Below, piece after piece: positions 1-10,594 of a DNA stretch of 64,000 nt. The stretch is from Dehalococcoidia bacterium (lineage in GTDB: Bacteria > Chloroflexota > Dehalococcoidia > Lucifugimonadales > Lucifugimonadaceae). The stretch lies in contig PAOU01000011.1 in the NCBI GenBank assembly GCA_002708085.1, forward strand, positions 55,556 through 119,555, read 5' to 3'. Each line of letters starts with the position of its first letter. The stretch's first letter is position 1. The notes below the pieces were generated by a model. That model was given only the letters and a program-made list of their open reading frames with translations. It ran no database searches and was not told the DNA's origin. A program made the translations under genes and the position numbers.

Positions 1-1
1 A

Positions 2-1129
2 GAATTTGAAGACCAAGAATTAGACACAGGTCTAGATAATGTTATTCATATTAAAGTTCCTGGATTTGAAGATATAACAATAAAAGTTGGTCTACTTATT
101 GGTAGTTTAAAACCTAAATCAAAATTATTAACTCAAACATTAATTAGAAAACATCAAATAGATATTATTATTGGAACTCATACTTTGATACAGGAGAAAA
201 TTAATTTTCCTGACTTATCTTTAGTTGTTATTGATGAACAGCATAGATTTGGAGTAGAGCAAAGAGATGCATTGTTGAGAACAAAAAATACTCCTCATCT
301 TCTTTCTATGTCAGCTACACCAATTCCTAGAAGTTTAGCATTAACTCTTTATGGTGATTTAGAACTTAGTACATTGTTAGAGATCCCCCCAGGGAGAAAA
401 CCCGTAATAACGAAATGGTGTGGAGATGAAGAATCTAAAAAGTATGCTTTTGACGTAATAAGAGAGGAGATAGGCAAAGGCTTCCAATGTTTTGTTGTAT
501 GTCCTTTAATTCATGAATCTGAACAAGTAAGAGGTAGATCTGTATTAACAGAATTTTCAAAATTAAAAGATGAAATTTTCCCTGAATTTAGAATTGGTTT
601 ATTGCATGGAGAAATGGATTTAATAGAGAAAAGTAAAATAATGTATGAATTTAGTAATAAAAATATTGATATTCTCGTATCTACTCAAGTTATTGAAGTA
701 GGAATAGATATCCCTAATGCTAGTAGCATAATTATTCAAAGTTCTGAAAGATTTGGATTATCTCAATTACATCAACTTAGAGGAAGAGTAGGAAGAGGAA
801 AAATTCAGGGTAACTGTTTCACATTTTCAGATTTTGTTTCTGATCAAGCAATAGAAAGACTTAAAATTTTTGAAAAACATAATGATGGATTTCATCTAGC
901 AGATCAAGATTTAAGAATAAGGGGCCCTGGAGATTATATTGGAACTAGGCAAAGTGGAGTTGAAGGCTTTAGATTTGCTTCTCTCACAGATTTGGAAATG
1001 CTCGAAAATGTTAGAAATCAGGCTAAAGAAATTTTTCTCAAAGATCCTACTTTGTCTAATGATTCTTATGAAAATTTAAAGAAAGAACTATTGAAGAATT
1101 TTGAAGATAGACAATTAAGTGTATCTTAG
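2..1129 (+). CDS. recG: ATP-dependent DNA helicase RecG, C-terminal part (5' end lies outside the window)
   Basis: Frame is open from the window edge (...IIIGTHTLIQE precedes the track start at 185). Helicase motifs VIDEQHRFGV, SATPIPRS, QLRGRVGRG. Confidence 0.9.
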   Translation, partial: EFEDQELDTGLDNVIHIKVPGFEDITIKVGLLIGSLKPKSKLLTQTLIRKHQIDIIIGTHTLIQEKINFPDLSLVVIDEQHRFGVEQRDALLRTKNTPHLLSMSATPIPRSLALTLYGDLELSTLLEIPPGRKPVITKWCGDEESKKYAFDVIREEIGKGFQCFVVCPLIHESEQVRGRSVLTEFSKLKDEIFPEFRIGLLHGEMDLIEKSKIMYEFSNKNIDILVSTQVIEVGIDIPNASSIIIQSSERFGLSQLHQLRGRVGRGKIQGNCFTFSDFVSDQAIERLKIFEKHNDGFHLADQDLRIRGPGDYIGTRQSGVEGFRFASLTDLEMLENVRNQAKEIFLKDPTLSNDSYENLKKELLKNFEDRQLSVS

Positions 1130-2013
1130 GACATTTTTAAAAGTTCAATGGCATTCCTGTTAATTATTCCTTGAATTTCAGAGTTTGGAATTTTGGGTAG
1201 ATGATGATCAATTGCAAATTTTTCAAGACTTAGAAGTCCTTCAATAGTTTCATTAGGCGTTGTGATTGGCCAATCGGATCCAAAAAAAATCTTTTCTGTT
1301 ACTCCCCATTCGTAAAAAAGTCTCATTCCATTCCAGAAAGACCATGGTCTGTAAAATTGAGCTGAAACATCAGCCCAAACATTTTTATGCTTTCTTACTA
1401 CTGACAGAGCATCAACTTGCCATGGATGAGCTAAATGAGCAAGAATAATTTTCAATTTAGGAAAAGCCATAGCAATTTTATCAATATATTGAGGGCTAGC
1501 ATACATTAAAGGGGCATGTGAAATAGGTGAAGTGCCTTGATGAAAAACTATAGGTAAAGAGTCATGTTCAAGCCTTGAATATAATTTGAAAGCATCTTCA
1601 CAATCAGGAGGGAAATCTTGATAATTAGGGCCTAATTTAATCCCTTTACAGCCTAAATCTCCAACGCATCTGTCGTATTCATCGTTAATCTTAGGATCTA
1701 ATGGATGTAAAGACATGAATGGAATAATTTTTTCAGGATTATAAGTTGATAATTTATATGCAATATCATTATGATTAAAATTCTTAGGCCATCCACCTGG
1801 ATTTCCTAGCACTAGATCTTTTGGTTTCCAAGGCCTTGGAGCGATACCAAAAACGAAGGTTTTTTCAACATTCTTAAATGATTCCAGATAATCTCTTACT
1901 GAATTAGTTAATTTAGTAGTAATGCCTGATTTCATAGAAGTATCTAATTTTATCTCAGAATCAGGAACTTCATTTTCATGAGTCGGAATATGTGTATGAA
2001 CATCTACAATCAT
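1126..2013 (-). CDS. Metal-dependent TIM-barrel hydrolase, amidohydrolase-2 (ACMSD-like) family; substrate unknown
   Basis: 295 aa. N-terminal VDVHTHIP His-x-His metal motif, later HLAHPW and GSDWP motifs typical of the amidohydrolase superfamily. Confidence 0.6.
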   Translation of the reverse strand: MIVDVHTHIPTHENEVPDSEIKLDTSMKSGITTKLTNSVRDYLESFKNVEKTFVFGIAPRPWKPKDLVLGNPGGWPKNFNHNDIAYKLSTYNPEKIIPFMSLHPLDPKINDEYDRCVGDLGCKGIKLGPNYQDFPPDCEDAFKLYSRLEHDSLPIVFHQGTSPISHAPLMYASPQYIDKIAMAFPKLKIILAHLAHPWQVDALSVVRKHKNVWADVSAQFYRPWSFWNGMRLFYEWGVTEKIFFGSDWPITTPNETIEGLLSLEKFAIDHHLPKIPNSEIQGIINRNAIELLKMS

Positions 2014-2023
2014 TTTTTTATTT

Positions 2024-2100
2024 TGGTACCCCGTACGAGATTCGAACTCGTGATCTCTGCCTTGAAAGGGCAGCGTGTTAGGCCACTACACCAACGGGGC
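2024..2100 (-). tRNA. tRNA-Glu (anticodon UUC), CCA encoded
   Basis: Reverse complement GCCCCGT..GTGT/ACAC D-stem..CTGCC-CTTTCAA-GGCAG anticodon arm..ACGAG-TTCGAAT-CTCGT T-arm..ACGGGGT-A-CCA folds as a cloverleaf. Confidence 0.9.
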
Positions 2101-2121
2101 TATTTTTCGTCTTCAAATATA

Positions 2122-3162
2122 TTAAGGATAGATTGCTAGATTGTCTAATCCCATTTTCTCAGGGAAACCGTACATTAAGTTCATATTGTGTACAGCTTGA
2201 CCTGCCGCTCCTTTTACAAGATTGTCTATAACGGAAATCATTCTGTAGGCTTTAGCATCATCTTTTGTTTTGTTTTTTTCTGATATTGGTTGATCTGAGT
2301 ATATCAAACAATTATTTGACCCTCTTACATTTTTTACATTGGGAGAAGTTTTTACCCATTTTGTAAATGTGGTGTTCTTTTTATCAATTTCAATATTTTT
2401 AATTTTAGAAGAAATTATATAGCAGGTAGTAAATATTCCTCTTATCATTGGTGAAAGATGGGGAGTAAAAATAATATTTTGTGGGACATAAGATTCTTTC
2501 TCATTATTTTTTAGATAACGAGATAGATGATAATTTATTTCTGGTTGATGTCTATGGCCATCTAAACTATAAGCAGAAAAATTATCAGAGATTTCAGAGA
2601 AATTAAAATCAATATTTTTTGAGCGCCCTGCGCCTGAAATCCCAGTCTTGGAGTCAATAATTACGGTAGAGTTTTCATTATTATTCTGTTTGTAAAATTG
2701 CGACAATGGTATTAATGCTCCTGTTGGAAAACAACCAGGGTTTGCAATATTATCAGCATTTTTAATTTCTTCTTTAAAAAGTTCAGGAAGACCGTAAGTG
2801 AATTTTTCCAATAATTCTGGATATGGATGTTTTACTTTATAAACAGATTCATATAAATGAATAGGAAGCCTAAAATCTGCACTAAGATCTATGCATTTAA
2901 TTCCAGATTTTACTAAAGGACCTAAAATTTCTGCGCTAGCTTTGTGAGGTAGAGCAGAGAAAACAAGATCAACTTTTTTAGAGACTTCAGACTCTATAGT
3001 TAGAGGGTAATCATCTAAATAAGGAAACACTTCTCCAATTTTTTTTCCTGCATTACTTCTTCCAGTAATACTTTTTATTTGTACTTCAGGATGTTCATGG
3101 AGAATTCTTACTAATTCAGAACCACCATATCCGGTTACATTTAAAATTCCTATTTTTAACAT
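2122..3162 (-). CDS. argC: N-acetyl-gamma-glutamyl-phosphate reductase
   Basis: 346 aa. N-terminal Rossmann GILNVTGYGGSELVRIL and active-site NPGCFPTG motif. Confidence 0.85.
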   Translation of the reverse strand: MLKIGILNVTGYGGSELVRILHEHPEVQIKSITGRSNAGKKIGEVFPYLDDYPLTIESEVSKKVDLVFSALPHKASAEILGPLVKSGIKCIDLSADFRLPIHLYESVYKVKHPYPELLEKFTYGLPELFKEEIKNADNIANPGCFPTGALIPLSQFYKQNNNENSTVIIDSKTGISGAGRSKNIDFNFSEISDNFSAYSLDGHRHQPEINYHLSRYLKNNEKESYVPQNIIFTPHLSPMIRGIFTTCYIISSKIKNIEIDKKNTTFTKWVKTSPNVKNVRGSNNCLIYSDQPISEKNKTKDDAKAYRMISVIDNLVKGAAGQAVHNMNLMYGFPEKMGLDNLAIYP

Positions 3163-3221
3163 AATTTAAAAGATTGGTATGTTTTCAGATGAACATCCTA
3201 ACAGTTCTAAGTTGATTTGTC

Positions 3222-3890
3222 CTATAGTTTTTTATAATTACAAATCTTATTTAAGCTACATTCCTCACATTTAGGATTTCTAGAATGACATTTTTTTCTT
3301 CCATGGTTTATTAAAAGTACATGGAAAGAATATTTATTTTTATCTTCAACTAATTTTTCTAGGATGTAGTGAGCATCTTCAGCACTAGTTTTTTTTGTTA
3401 TGAGATTTAATCTTTTCGATACTCTATGAATGTGAGTATCTACAGGTATTGCTGGCATATTAAATGAGAAAGAAAGTAGAACTGATGCAGTTTTGGGTCC
3501 AATTCCTTCTATACTTGTTAACCAGTGCCTAGCATCATCTAAACTTAATTTTGATAGAAATGATATATCTAGTTTATTCTTTCTTTTTTTTATTTCTTGA
3601 AGAATACCTAAAATTCTTTTTGATTTGATGTTAGACATTCCACCTGATTTGATTAATTTAGCGATTTGAAAATCTGATGTTTTTAATATCTCTTCCCATG
3701 ATCCTAGGGTTTTGAGTTTATAAAATGCTTTTTCTGCATTTAAATCTGAAGTGTTCTGTGTTAAAACAGTAAAAATTAATTCATCCATAGGTTTTAACCT
3801 AGGCTTCCATATAGGGGTTCCGTAAACTTCAGAAAGATTAGTAATAATATTTTTGATTTTGAAGATTATTTTTTTATTTTTTTCTTCCAT
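3222..3890 (-). CDS. nth: Endonuclease III (HhH-GPD DNA glycosylase/AP lyase)
   Basis: HhH motif LTSIEGIGPKTASVLL, VDTHIHRV, C-terminal 4Fe-4S cluster CHSRNPKCEECSLNKIC. Confidence 0.85.
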   Translation of the reverse strand: MEEKNKKIIFKIKNIITNLSEVYGTPIWKPRLKPMDELIFTVLTQNTSDLNAEKAFYKLKTLGSWEEILKTSDFQIAKLIKSGGMSNIKSKRILGILQEIKKRKNKLDISFLSKLSLDDARHWLTSIEGIGPKTASVLLSFSFNMPAIPVDTHIHRVSKRLNLITKKTSAEDAHYILEKLVEDKNKYSFHVLLINHGRKKCHSRNPKCEECSLNKICNYKKL

Positions 3891-4863
3891 GAATATTTTG
3901 AACTAATTCAATTAATGAATTTTTATATTTAGAATCTGGAATTGTCTCAAAATTCTGTAAAGCTTTATCAATGTATTCATTTACTATTAATTTAGATTTT
4001 TCTATTGAATCTGAATTTAATATTGAATCTTTTGCTTTTTGATATTTTTCTAAAGAAAGATTAGGAAAATCTTTTAAAAAATCTATTAACGGGTTATTTG
4101 AAGGATTATTTTCAATAAAAATTATTGATGGGAGTGTTACTATTCCTTCTGATAGATCTTTTACAGAAGGTTTTCCTGTGATATTTGGTTTAGAAACGAA
4201 ATCTATTATGTCATCTTGGATTTGGAAAGCCATTCCAATATTGAATCCAAAATTTTTCATAACTTTACTTTGTGTTTCGTTTGCGATTCCAGTAAGTGCA
4301 CCACATAAAGAAGCAGTTTTAAAGAGAGAAGCAGTTTTATTGTATATTCGATCAAAATAAGTTTTTCTATTTATTCTTGAGATACCTCTGTCAAGAAATT
4401 CTGATAATTCTCCTCTACTTAATTCAACAATTGTATTAGCAAACCTCATAGCTATTGTTCCATTTTCTGTTTTAGAGACATAAATCGCAGAAGCAGCAAA
4501 AATGTAATCTCCAAGTAAAACCGCAACTTCTTTTCCCCAGACACTACTTGGTGTTTTTTTTCCTCTTCTTCGTTCGGCTTGATCTACAGTATCATCATGA
4601 AGAAGCGTTGCAATATGAAGTAATTCTACTGCTGTAGCTATATCAATATTGTTTTCATTTTCAGGTTCTCCCCAAAGTTTTGATGATAATAGTGTAATTC
4701 TTGGCCTGATTTTCTTACCTGGATTTGTAAGAATTTGAGTTAATATTTCAGATATTTTTTTAGAATAAGAAATTTCTTTTTCTGCAATCTCGATCATGTT
4801 ATTAGAGACAATTTGTAATTCTTTTTCTACAGGATCTAATTTTATAGGATTGAAATTTACCAC
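3874..4863 (-). CDS. Polyprenyl diphosphate synthase (trans-IPPS, long-chain type)
   Basis: Two Asp-rich motifs LLHDDTVDQAERRRG and FQIQDDIIDF. GTG start. 17-nt overlap with nth. Confidence 0.8.
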   Translation of the reverse strand: MVNFNPIKLDPVEKELQIVSNNMIEIAEKEISYSKKISEILTQILTNPGKKIRPRITLLSSKLWGEPENENNIDIATAVELLHIATLLHDDTVDQAERRRGKKTPSSVWGKEVAVLLGDYIFAASAIYVSKTENGTIAMRFANTIVELSRGELSEFLDRGISRINRKTYFDRIYNKTASLFKTASLCGALTGIANETQSKVMKNFGFNIGMAFQIQDDIIDFVSKPNITGKPSVKDLSEGIVTLPSIIFIENNPSNNPLIDFLKDFPNLSLEKYQKAKDSILNSDSIEKSKLIVNEYIDKALQNFETIPDSKYKNSLIELVQNIHGRKK

Positions 4864-4874
4864 TTGGACTCCAT

Positions 4875-6542
4875 TTAAATTAATTTTGCCTCTTCTTTTT
4901 CGACAATATCATCATCAAGTTTTTTAAATAAAGGTATTGGTTTATTTAAGGAAATATTAGATTTAATCTTTGTGAATTTCCAAATTATTTCTTTTTCAGG
5001 GTCTTCTCCAATAAATGTGGCTAATTTTTTTGAAGAAAAAGGCAAAAATGGATTCATTATGATTCTCAGATTAGAAATGATAGTTAATGCTGTATGTAAA
5101 GTTAATGCGGCATCTTTTTTATTCTCTTTTATTTGTTTCCATGGAGCTTGAAAGTCAATATATTTATTTCCTTCTTGAGCTAAAGACATTACTGATTTTA
5201 AAGCATTTCTAAATTCTCTTTTTTCCAAAAAGTTTTTTGTTTTTTCCATGGATTCTTTACATTTTTTCAACAGTTCTGTAGATTCATCATTTTGGTTTTC
5301 AATATTTGGGGTTTTACCTTCAAAGTTATTGTAAGTCATAGTTAAAACTCTATGAATAAAATTTCCTAAAGTTGCAACTAATTCATTATTGTTAGCATCT
5401 AAAAATGATTGCCAAGTAAAATCAGAATCAGAAGTTTCAGGCATTATTGATGTAAGGTGATATCTTAATGGATCAGGATCGTATGATTCTAGAAAATCTG
5501 GTAACCATACAGCCCATTTTTTACTTTTCGAAAACTGTTTTCCTCCAAAATTTAGGTACTCGTTTGCAGCAACATCATACGGAAGGTTTTTCTTTCCTGA
5601 AGCCATCAACATTGTAGGCCAAATGATTGTGTGAAAAGGAACATTATCTTTTCCTTGAAAATAATAATGTTTTGCATCCGGATTTTCCCACCAAGTTCTC
5701 CAAGCTTCCTGATTTCCAGAACTATTTTTCTCTGAATTTGACCATTCTATAGAGGCAGATAAATATCCAGTAACGGCTTCAAACCATACATATATCCTTT
5801 TTTTATCATAATTTGTTAATGGAACAGGGATTCCCCATTCAATATCTCTTGTAATTGCTCTGTCTATAAGTCCTTTTTCTATCATACCTAGAGTATGATT
5901 TTTCACAGAAGTTCTCCAATGTTTTTGTTTTTCAACCCAATTTTTAAGTTTTTTTTGAAATTTTGAAAGTTCTAAATAAATATGTGTTGTTTGCTTAAAA
6001 ATTAAAGGTGATCCATCTATAGCAGATTTGATATTTTCTAAGTCTTTTGGATCAATAGTAATATTACATGTTTCACACTGATCACCTCTTGCTTCATTTT
6101 TACATTTTTTGCAAGTACCTAAAACATATCTGTCAGACATAAACATTTTCAATGATTCTGAAAAGGGTTGTTCAGAATCTTTCTCAGACAGAAATCCATT
6201 TTCTTTAATTTTCAGAAATAATTCTTGTACAACATTCTTATGGTTTTCAGTTCCAGTTTTTGTATAGAGATCAAAAGTAAAACCCATTTTTTCATTCATT
6301 ATGCTCCAAATAGCATGATATTTTTCAGATATTTCTCTAGGGTGAACATTTTCTTCTTTTGCTTTAAGTGCTACTGGGGTCCCATGTTGATCACTACCGG
6401 AAACCATTAGAACATCATTTCCTATCATTCTGTTAAATCTAGCAAAAATATCTGCAGGTAAAGTGTTTCCTGCTATATGTCCTAAGTGAGGAGGCCCATT
6501 TACATATGGCCAAGCTACTGCAACTAATATTTTTTCAGACAA
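4875..6542 (-). CDS. metG: Methionyl-tRNA synthetase
   Basis: HIGH region PYVNGPPHLGHIAG, zinc knuckles CKKCKNEARGDQCETC, KMSKS-like KFSKSKK. TTG start. Confidence 0.9.
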   Translation of the reverse strand: MSEKILVAVAWPYVNGPPHLGHIAGNTLPADIFARFNRMIGNDVLMVSGSDQHGTPVALKAKEENVHPREISEKYHAIWSIMNEKMGFTFDLYTKTGTENHKNVVQELFLKIKENGFLSEKDSEQPFSESLKMFMSDRYVLGTCKKCKNEARGDQCETCNITIDPKDLENIKSAIDGSPLIFKQTTHIYLELSKFQKKLKNWVEKQKHWRTSVKNHTLGMIEKGLIDRAITRDIEWGIPVPLTNYDKKRIYVWFEAVTGYLSASIEWSNSEKNSSGNQEAWRTWWENPDAKHYYFQGKDNVPFHTIIWPTMLMASGKKNLPYDVAANEYLNFGGKQFSKSKKWAVWLPDFLESYDPDPLRYHLTSIMPETSDSDFTWQSFLDANNNELVATLGNFIHRVLTMTYNNFEGKTPNIENQNDESTELLKKCKESMEKTKNFLEKREFRNALKSVMSLAQEGNKYIDFQAPWKQIKENKKDAALTLHTALTIISNLRIIMNPFLPFSSKKLATFIGEDPEKEIIWKFTKIKSNISLNKPIPLFKKLDDDIVEKEEAKLI

Positions 6543-6571
6543 AATAAATCCTAATAATTATATTTTTTAAA

Positions 6572-7387
6572 TTAATAATCTTTTTCTTTTAAATATAATT
6601 CATAAATCATTTTCTTTGGTAATTCTTTTGAAATAGAGATTTTTTCAACAATATCTTTTCCACTTAATCCTTGTTTAATATATTTTCTTATTTCTTCAGA
6701 TAAGACTTGAGGGTTACTCTGATTATTTTCTTTTCCATTTTGTAGTATTAGTACGTATTCACCTTTGGGATTAGATATTTTTTTTAGTATCTTAGTAGGA
6801 GTTCCTGTATATACAGATTCATGAATTTTTGTAATTTCTTTGAATAATATAATATTACATTCTTCGAAAATATTATCTATTGATTTTATTAAATTTATTA
6901 TTCTATGTGGAGACTCAAACATAATAATTGGGTTAACTTTAATAATTTTTAGGAACATTTCTTTTCTTTGGGTATTACTTTTAGGAGGAAACCCTATAAA
7001 ACTAAATTTATTGGATTTTAAACCAGAAATTGATATTGCTGATGATAAAGCTGAAGCTCCTGGGATAGCATTAATATTAATTCCATTTTTTCTGGCTTCT
7101 AATACTAATTGTGATCCTGGATCACTAATACCAGGAGTCCCAGCATCTGTTATTAATGCAATATTGGATGTTTTTAAAATATCAATAATAGAGTTGATTT
7201 TTTTCTTGTGATTATGATCATTATAAGAAATCAAGCGAGTAGTAATATTGTATTTTTTTAATAGAATTTTTGAGATTCTAGTGTTTTCAGAAAGTATTAT
7301 TTCAACATTATTGAGTATTTCTACTGCTCTGAATGTAATATCTTTCAAATTTCCTATTGGAGTGGCTACAATAAATAATGTTCCCAT
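6572..7387 (-). CDS. rsmI: 16S rRNA (cytidine1402-2'-O)-methyltransferase
   Basis: Tetrapyrrole-methylase fold motifs LFIVATPIGNLKDITFRAVEIL and TDAGTPGISDPG. Confidence 0.85.
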   Translation of the reverse strand: MGTLFIVATPIGNLKDITFRAVEILNNVEIILSENTRISKILLKKYNITTRLISYNDHNHKKKINSIIDILKTSNIALITDAGTPGISDPGSQLVLEARKNGININAIPGASALSSAISISGLKSNKFSFIGFPPKSNTQRKEMFLKIIKVNPIIMFESPHRIINLIKSIDNIFEECNIILFKEITKIHESVYTGTPTKILKKISNPKGEYVLILQNGKENNQSNPQVLSEEIRKYIKQGLSGKDIVEKISISKELPKKMIYELYLKEKDY

Positions 7388-7396
7388 TAAAAATAT

Positions 7397-8275
7397 TTAG
7401 TTTATTATGTCTGTGGCAGCTGTATGTTGTTCATCTGCATGATAAGAACTTCTTACTAAAGGTCCTGCTGCTACATGTTTGAAACCCATGTTAATTCCGT
7501 CTTTTTTAATTTCTTGAAATTCTCTAGGAGAATAGAATCTTATTATTGGATGATGTTTTTTTGTTGGCCTTAAATATTGTCCTACAGTTAAAAGATCACA
7601 TTCTACTGATCTGAGATCTTCCATAGTCTTTTTTATTTCTTTTCTTGATTCTCCAAGACCTACCATCATTCCAGATTTTGTAGGTATTCTAGGTTCAATT
7701 TTTTTAGATCTTTTAAGTAATTCTAAAGATTGATCATAATTGCCTTTTGGCCTAACTTTTTTAAATATTCTTGGAACAGTTTCTATATTATGATTAAGAA
7801 CAGAGGGCTTAGAAGAAAGTATTGTTTTTAATGATTCTAAGTTTCCATTAAAATCAGGAATTAAAACTTCCACCTTGCATAATGGATTTAATTTTCTTAT
7901 TTGACTAATTGTCATAGAAAATATTTTAGAACCACCATCAGGAAGATCATCTCTATCAACTGAAGTTACTACAGCATATTTCAAACCAAGCTGAAGAACA
8001 GTGTTTGCAACTCTAGTGGGCTCGAAAATATCTAATTCTGTAGGTCTGCCTGTTTTGACATTGCAATAAGCACAAGCTCTAGTACATATATCTCCGAGGA
8101 TCATAAAAGTAGCAGTTTTTTTATCCCAGCATTCTCCTATATTAGGACAAGCTGCTTCTTCACAAACAGTATTTAATTTTGCATTTTTTAAACGATTTTT
8201 TAATTCGTGAAAATTGTTACTAGTAGGAGCAGATACTTTAAACCACTCAGGTAATTTTCTTTTTACTTGAACCAT
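7397..8275 (-). CDS. lipA: Lipoyl synthase
   Basis: Auxiliary cluster CEEAACPNIGECW and radical-SAM CTRACAYCNV motifs. Confidence 0.9.
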   Translation of the reverse strand: MVQVKRKLPEWFKVSAPTSNNFHELKNRLKNAKLNTVCEEAACPNIGECWDKKTATFMILGDICTRACAYCNVKTGRPTELDIFEPTRVANTVLQLGLKYAVVTSVDRDDLPDGGSKIFSMTISQIRKLNPLCKVEVLIPDFNGNLESLKTILSSKPSVLNHNIETVPRIFKKVRPKGNYDQSLELLKRSKKIEPRIPTKSGMMVGLGESRKEIKKTMEDLRSVECDLLTVGQYLRPTKKHHPIIRFYSPREFQEIKKDGINMGFKHVAAGPLVRSSYHADEQHTAATDIIN

Positions 8276-8347
8276 TTTAAATTTATATAATATTGTATTT
8301 AAATCATTTATCTAAGATATTATTATATTCTATCCTACTACAATATT

Positions 8348-9559
8348 ATGACTAACAATATAAAAGACAATAATCAGAAAATAAGAATTCAGTTAGAGAT
8401 ATCGGAGTTTAATTCAGATGGTTCTTGTAAAGCAGAATTAGAAGGTAAAAAATTCAAAGTTTTTGGTGCTATACCTGGTGAAATAGTATTAGTAAATATT
8501 GTTAAAGAATTTTCAGATTTTACTGTAGTAAATGTATCTGAAGTATTAAAAAGTTCTCCTAATAGAATAAAACCTCCTTGTGAATATTATTTATTATGTA
8601 GTGGCTGTCAATTTCAACATTTAGATTATAAATCTCAACTAAAATTAAAAACAAAAATTGTGACTGATGAGATTTTGAAAAATGAAAATTTTCATCGAGT
8701 TAAAATCTTAGATACTATAGGAAGCGAGAAATTATATCATTATAGAAATCATGCTAGATTTACAGTAGCAAAAAAACCTCCTTTAAGAGGAAATCTAGGA
8801 TTTGTTAATAGATTTTCAAGAAGAATATTCAAGATTGATAAATGTTTACTTATGGATCATAAGATAAATTATTTAATTTCTCTAATACAGAGTAAATTAC
8901 AAGGTATGTCTCAATTATCAATAAGAGTTGGATCTAATTCTGGTTTTGCATTAATTCAACCTGATTTTCAAAATATTTTTCCAGAAATAAAATCGGGGCA
9001 GAAGAAGATAACTGAATATTTTCTTCAAAAACCATTTCGTATAGGTTCTCCATCATTTTTTCAAGTTAACACAAAACAAGCAGAGAAATTGTCAGAATTA
9101 TTAGTAGATTACCTTAGTCTTGATGGTTCTGAAATTGTATTGGATACATATTGTGGTGTTGGTGTCTTTTCTGTTTTAATAGCACCTTTTGTAAAGAATG
9201 TTGTTGGGATTGAGATATCTGATTCTGCTATTGAAGATGCTGTTTTTAATTCACGACACCTTGATAATGTAGAATTCATTAAAGGTTCTTCTGAAGAATC
9301 TTTGAAAAAATTAGATTTTCATCCAGATATAGTAATTTTAGATCCTCCTAGGTCTGGTTGCAAGAAAGATGTGTTAGATTCTCTTATATTGATCAAACCA
9401 AAGAAAATATTAATGATATCATGTGACCTTGAGTCTTTTATGAGAGATACTGAAATTTTATGTATGAAAAATTATAAATTAAAACTCATTCAACCAGTTG
9501 ATATGTTTCCAAATACTAAACATATAGAAATTTTAGCGATTTTAGAAAAAATAAATTAA
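8348..9559 (+). CDS. 23S rRNA (uracil-5)-methyltransferase, RumA/TrmA family
   Basis: N-terminal TRAM-like region, Fe-S Cys cluster CEYYLLCSGCQFQH, SAM motif VLDTYCGVGVFS, ILDPPRSG. Confidence 0.75.
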   Translation: MTNNIKDNNQKIRIQLEISEFNSDGSCKAELEGKKFKVFGAIPGEIVLVNIVKEFSDFTVVNVSEVLKSSPNRIKPPCEYYLLCSGCQFQHLDYKSQLKLKTKIVTDEILKNENFHRVKILDTIGSEKLYHYRNHARFTVAKKPPLRGNLGFVNRFSRRIFKIDKCLLMDHKINYLISLIQSKLQGMSQLSIRVGSNSGFALIQPDFQNIFPEIKSGQKKITEYFLQKPFRIGSPSFFQVNTKQAEKLSELLVDYLSLDGSEIVLDTYCGVGVFSVLIAPFVKNVVGIEISDSAIEDAVFNSRHLDNVEFIKGSSEESLKKLDFHPDIVILDPPRSGCKKDVLDSLILIKPKKILMISCDLESFMRDTEILCMKNYKLKLIQPVDMFPNTKHIEILAILEKIN

Positions 9560-9571
9560 ATATAAGGATTA

Positions 9572-9826
9572 TTGGTGAATATTTTAGGAATAGGTGCTTT
9601 CGAAGTTCTTGTTATTTTTTTGATAGCATTTTTGATATTGGGTCCTGAAAAAATGAGTCAGTTTTCAAAAAAATTTGGAAATTTTGTGAAAAAAATTAGA
9701 GATGAAAAAGAAGAATTTTCTTCAATAATTGATGAATCTGTAAAGGATATAAATGAAGATATGAAGATTCAAAATCCATTTAAAGATGATAAAAAAAATG
9801 ATAAAGAAAAGGGACAAGATAATTAA
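9572..9826 (+). CDS. Twin-arginine translocase TatA/TatB-family protein (TatB-like length)
   Basis: Single N-terminal TM plus hinge GAFEVLVIFLIAFLILGPEKM, then a charged tail. SD AAGGA at 9564-9568 favours the GTG at 9575 over the TTG at 9572. Confidence 0.75.
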   Translation: MVNILGIGAFEVLVIFLIAFLILGPEKMSQFSKKFGNFVKKIRDEKEEFSSIIDESVKDINEDMKIQNPFKDDKKNDKEKGQDN

Positions 9827-10592
9827 TTCTGATATAGATAAAGCTTCAAGTAATGATTTAAATAAAGATCGTAAAATTAATAATTTATCATTCAAAGGAC
9901 ATTTTTTAGAATTAAAAAAAAGAATAATTTTCTCTATTTCATTACTTTCATTGTTTACTATTCTAGGGTTTATTTTTCATCGTTGGATTATTGCTCTTCT
10001 TTTAAATCAATCTTTTGGGATAAATGAATTTACTGGAGGACAACCAGTTTTTACAAATATTACTGAATTTTGGTCAGTAGTTATGAGAGTTTCTATTCTT
10101 ACAGGTGTTATTTTATCTATTCCTTTTATTGCTTATCAAATTATGATTTTTATAATTCCTGGATTGAAAGAAAATGAGAAAAAATATGTTTATATTTTTC
10201 TTCCTCTCATGGTGATTTCATTTTATATTGGAGCTACTTTTGGCTATTTTATTCTTGTTCCACCTGCAATTAAATTCCTTGTCCTTTTTGGAGGTGACTT
10301 GGCAGTACCATTAATAAGAATAGGTTCATATATACAGTTAGTAATAAGCTTAATGTTTTGGATGGGAATTGTATTTCAAGTCCCTACTGTAGTATTTCTA
10401 TTGTCTAAATTGAGAATTGTTCCTATAGAGACATTTGCACGTTTCAGAAAATGGTTTATAGTTATTTCTTTCATTTTGGGTGCATTCATTACACCTACCT
10501 TTGATCCTATTAATCAAACATTGGTTGCTTTACCCATAGTGATATTGTATGAAATAGGATATTGGATATCTCGATTAACTAGTAGAAAATGA
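9786..10592 (+). CDS. tatC: Twin-arginine translocase subunit TatC
   Basis: 268 aa, multi-TM, conserved HFLELKKRI N-terminal motif. Both candidate ATGs (9786, 9798) overlap the end of the preceding tat gene. Confidence 0.85.
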   Translation: MIKKMIKKRDKIINSDIDKASSNDLNKDRKINNLSFKGHFLELKKRIIFSISLLSLFTILGFIFHRWIIALLLNQSFGINEFTGGQPVFTNITEFWSVVMRVSILTGVILSIPFIAYQIMIFIIPGLKENEKKYVYIFLPLMVISFYIGATFGYFILVPPAIKFLVLFGGDLAVPLIRIGSYIQLVISLMFWMGIVFQVPTVVFLLSKLRIVPIETFARFRKWFIVISFILGAFITPTFDPINQTLVALPIVILYEIGYWISRLTSRK

Positions 10593-10594
10593 GT

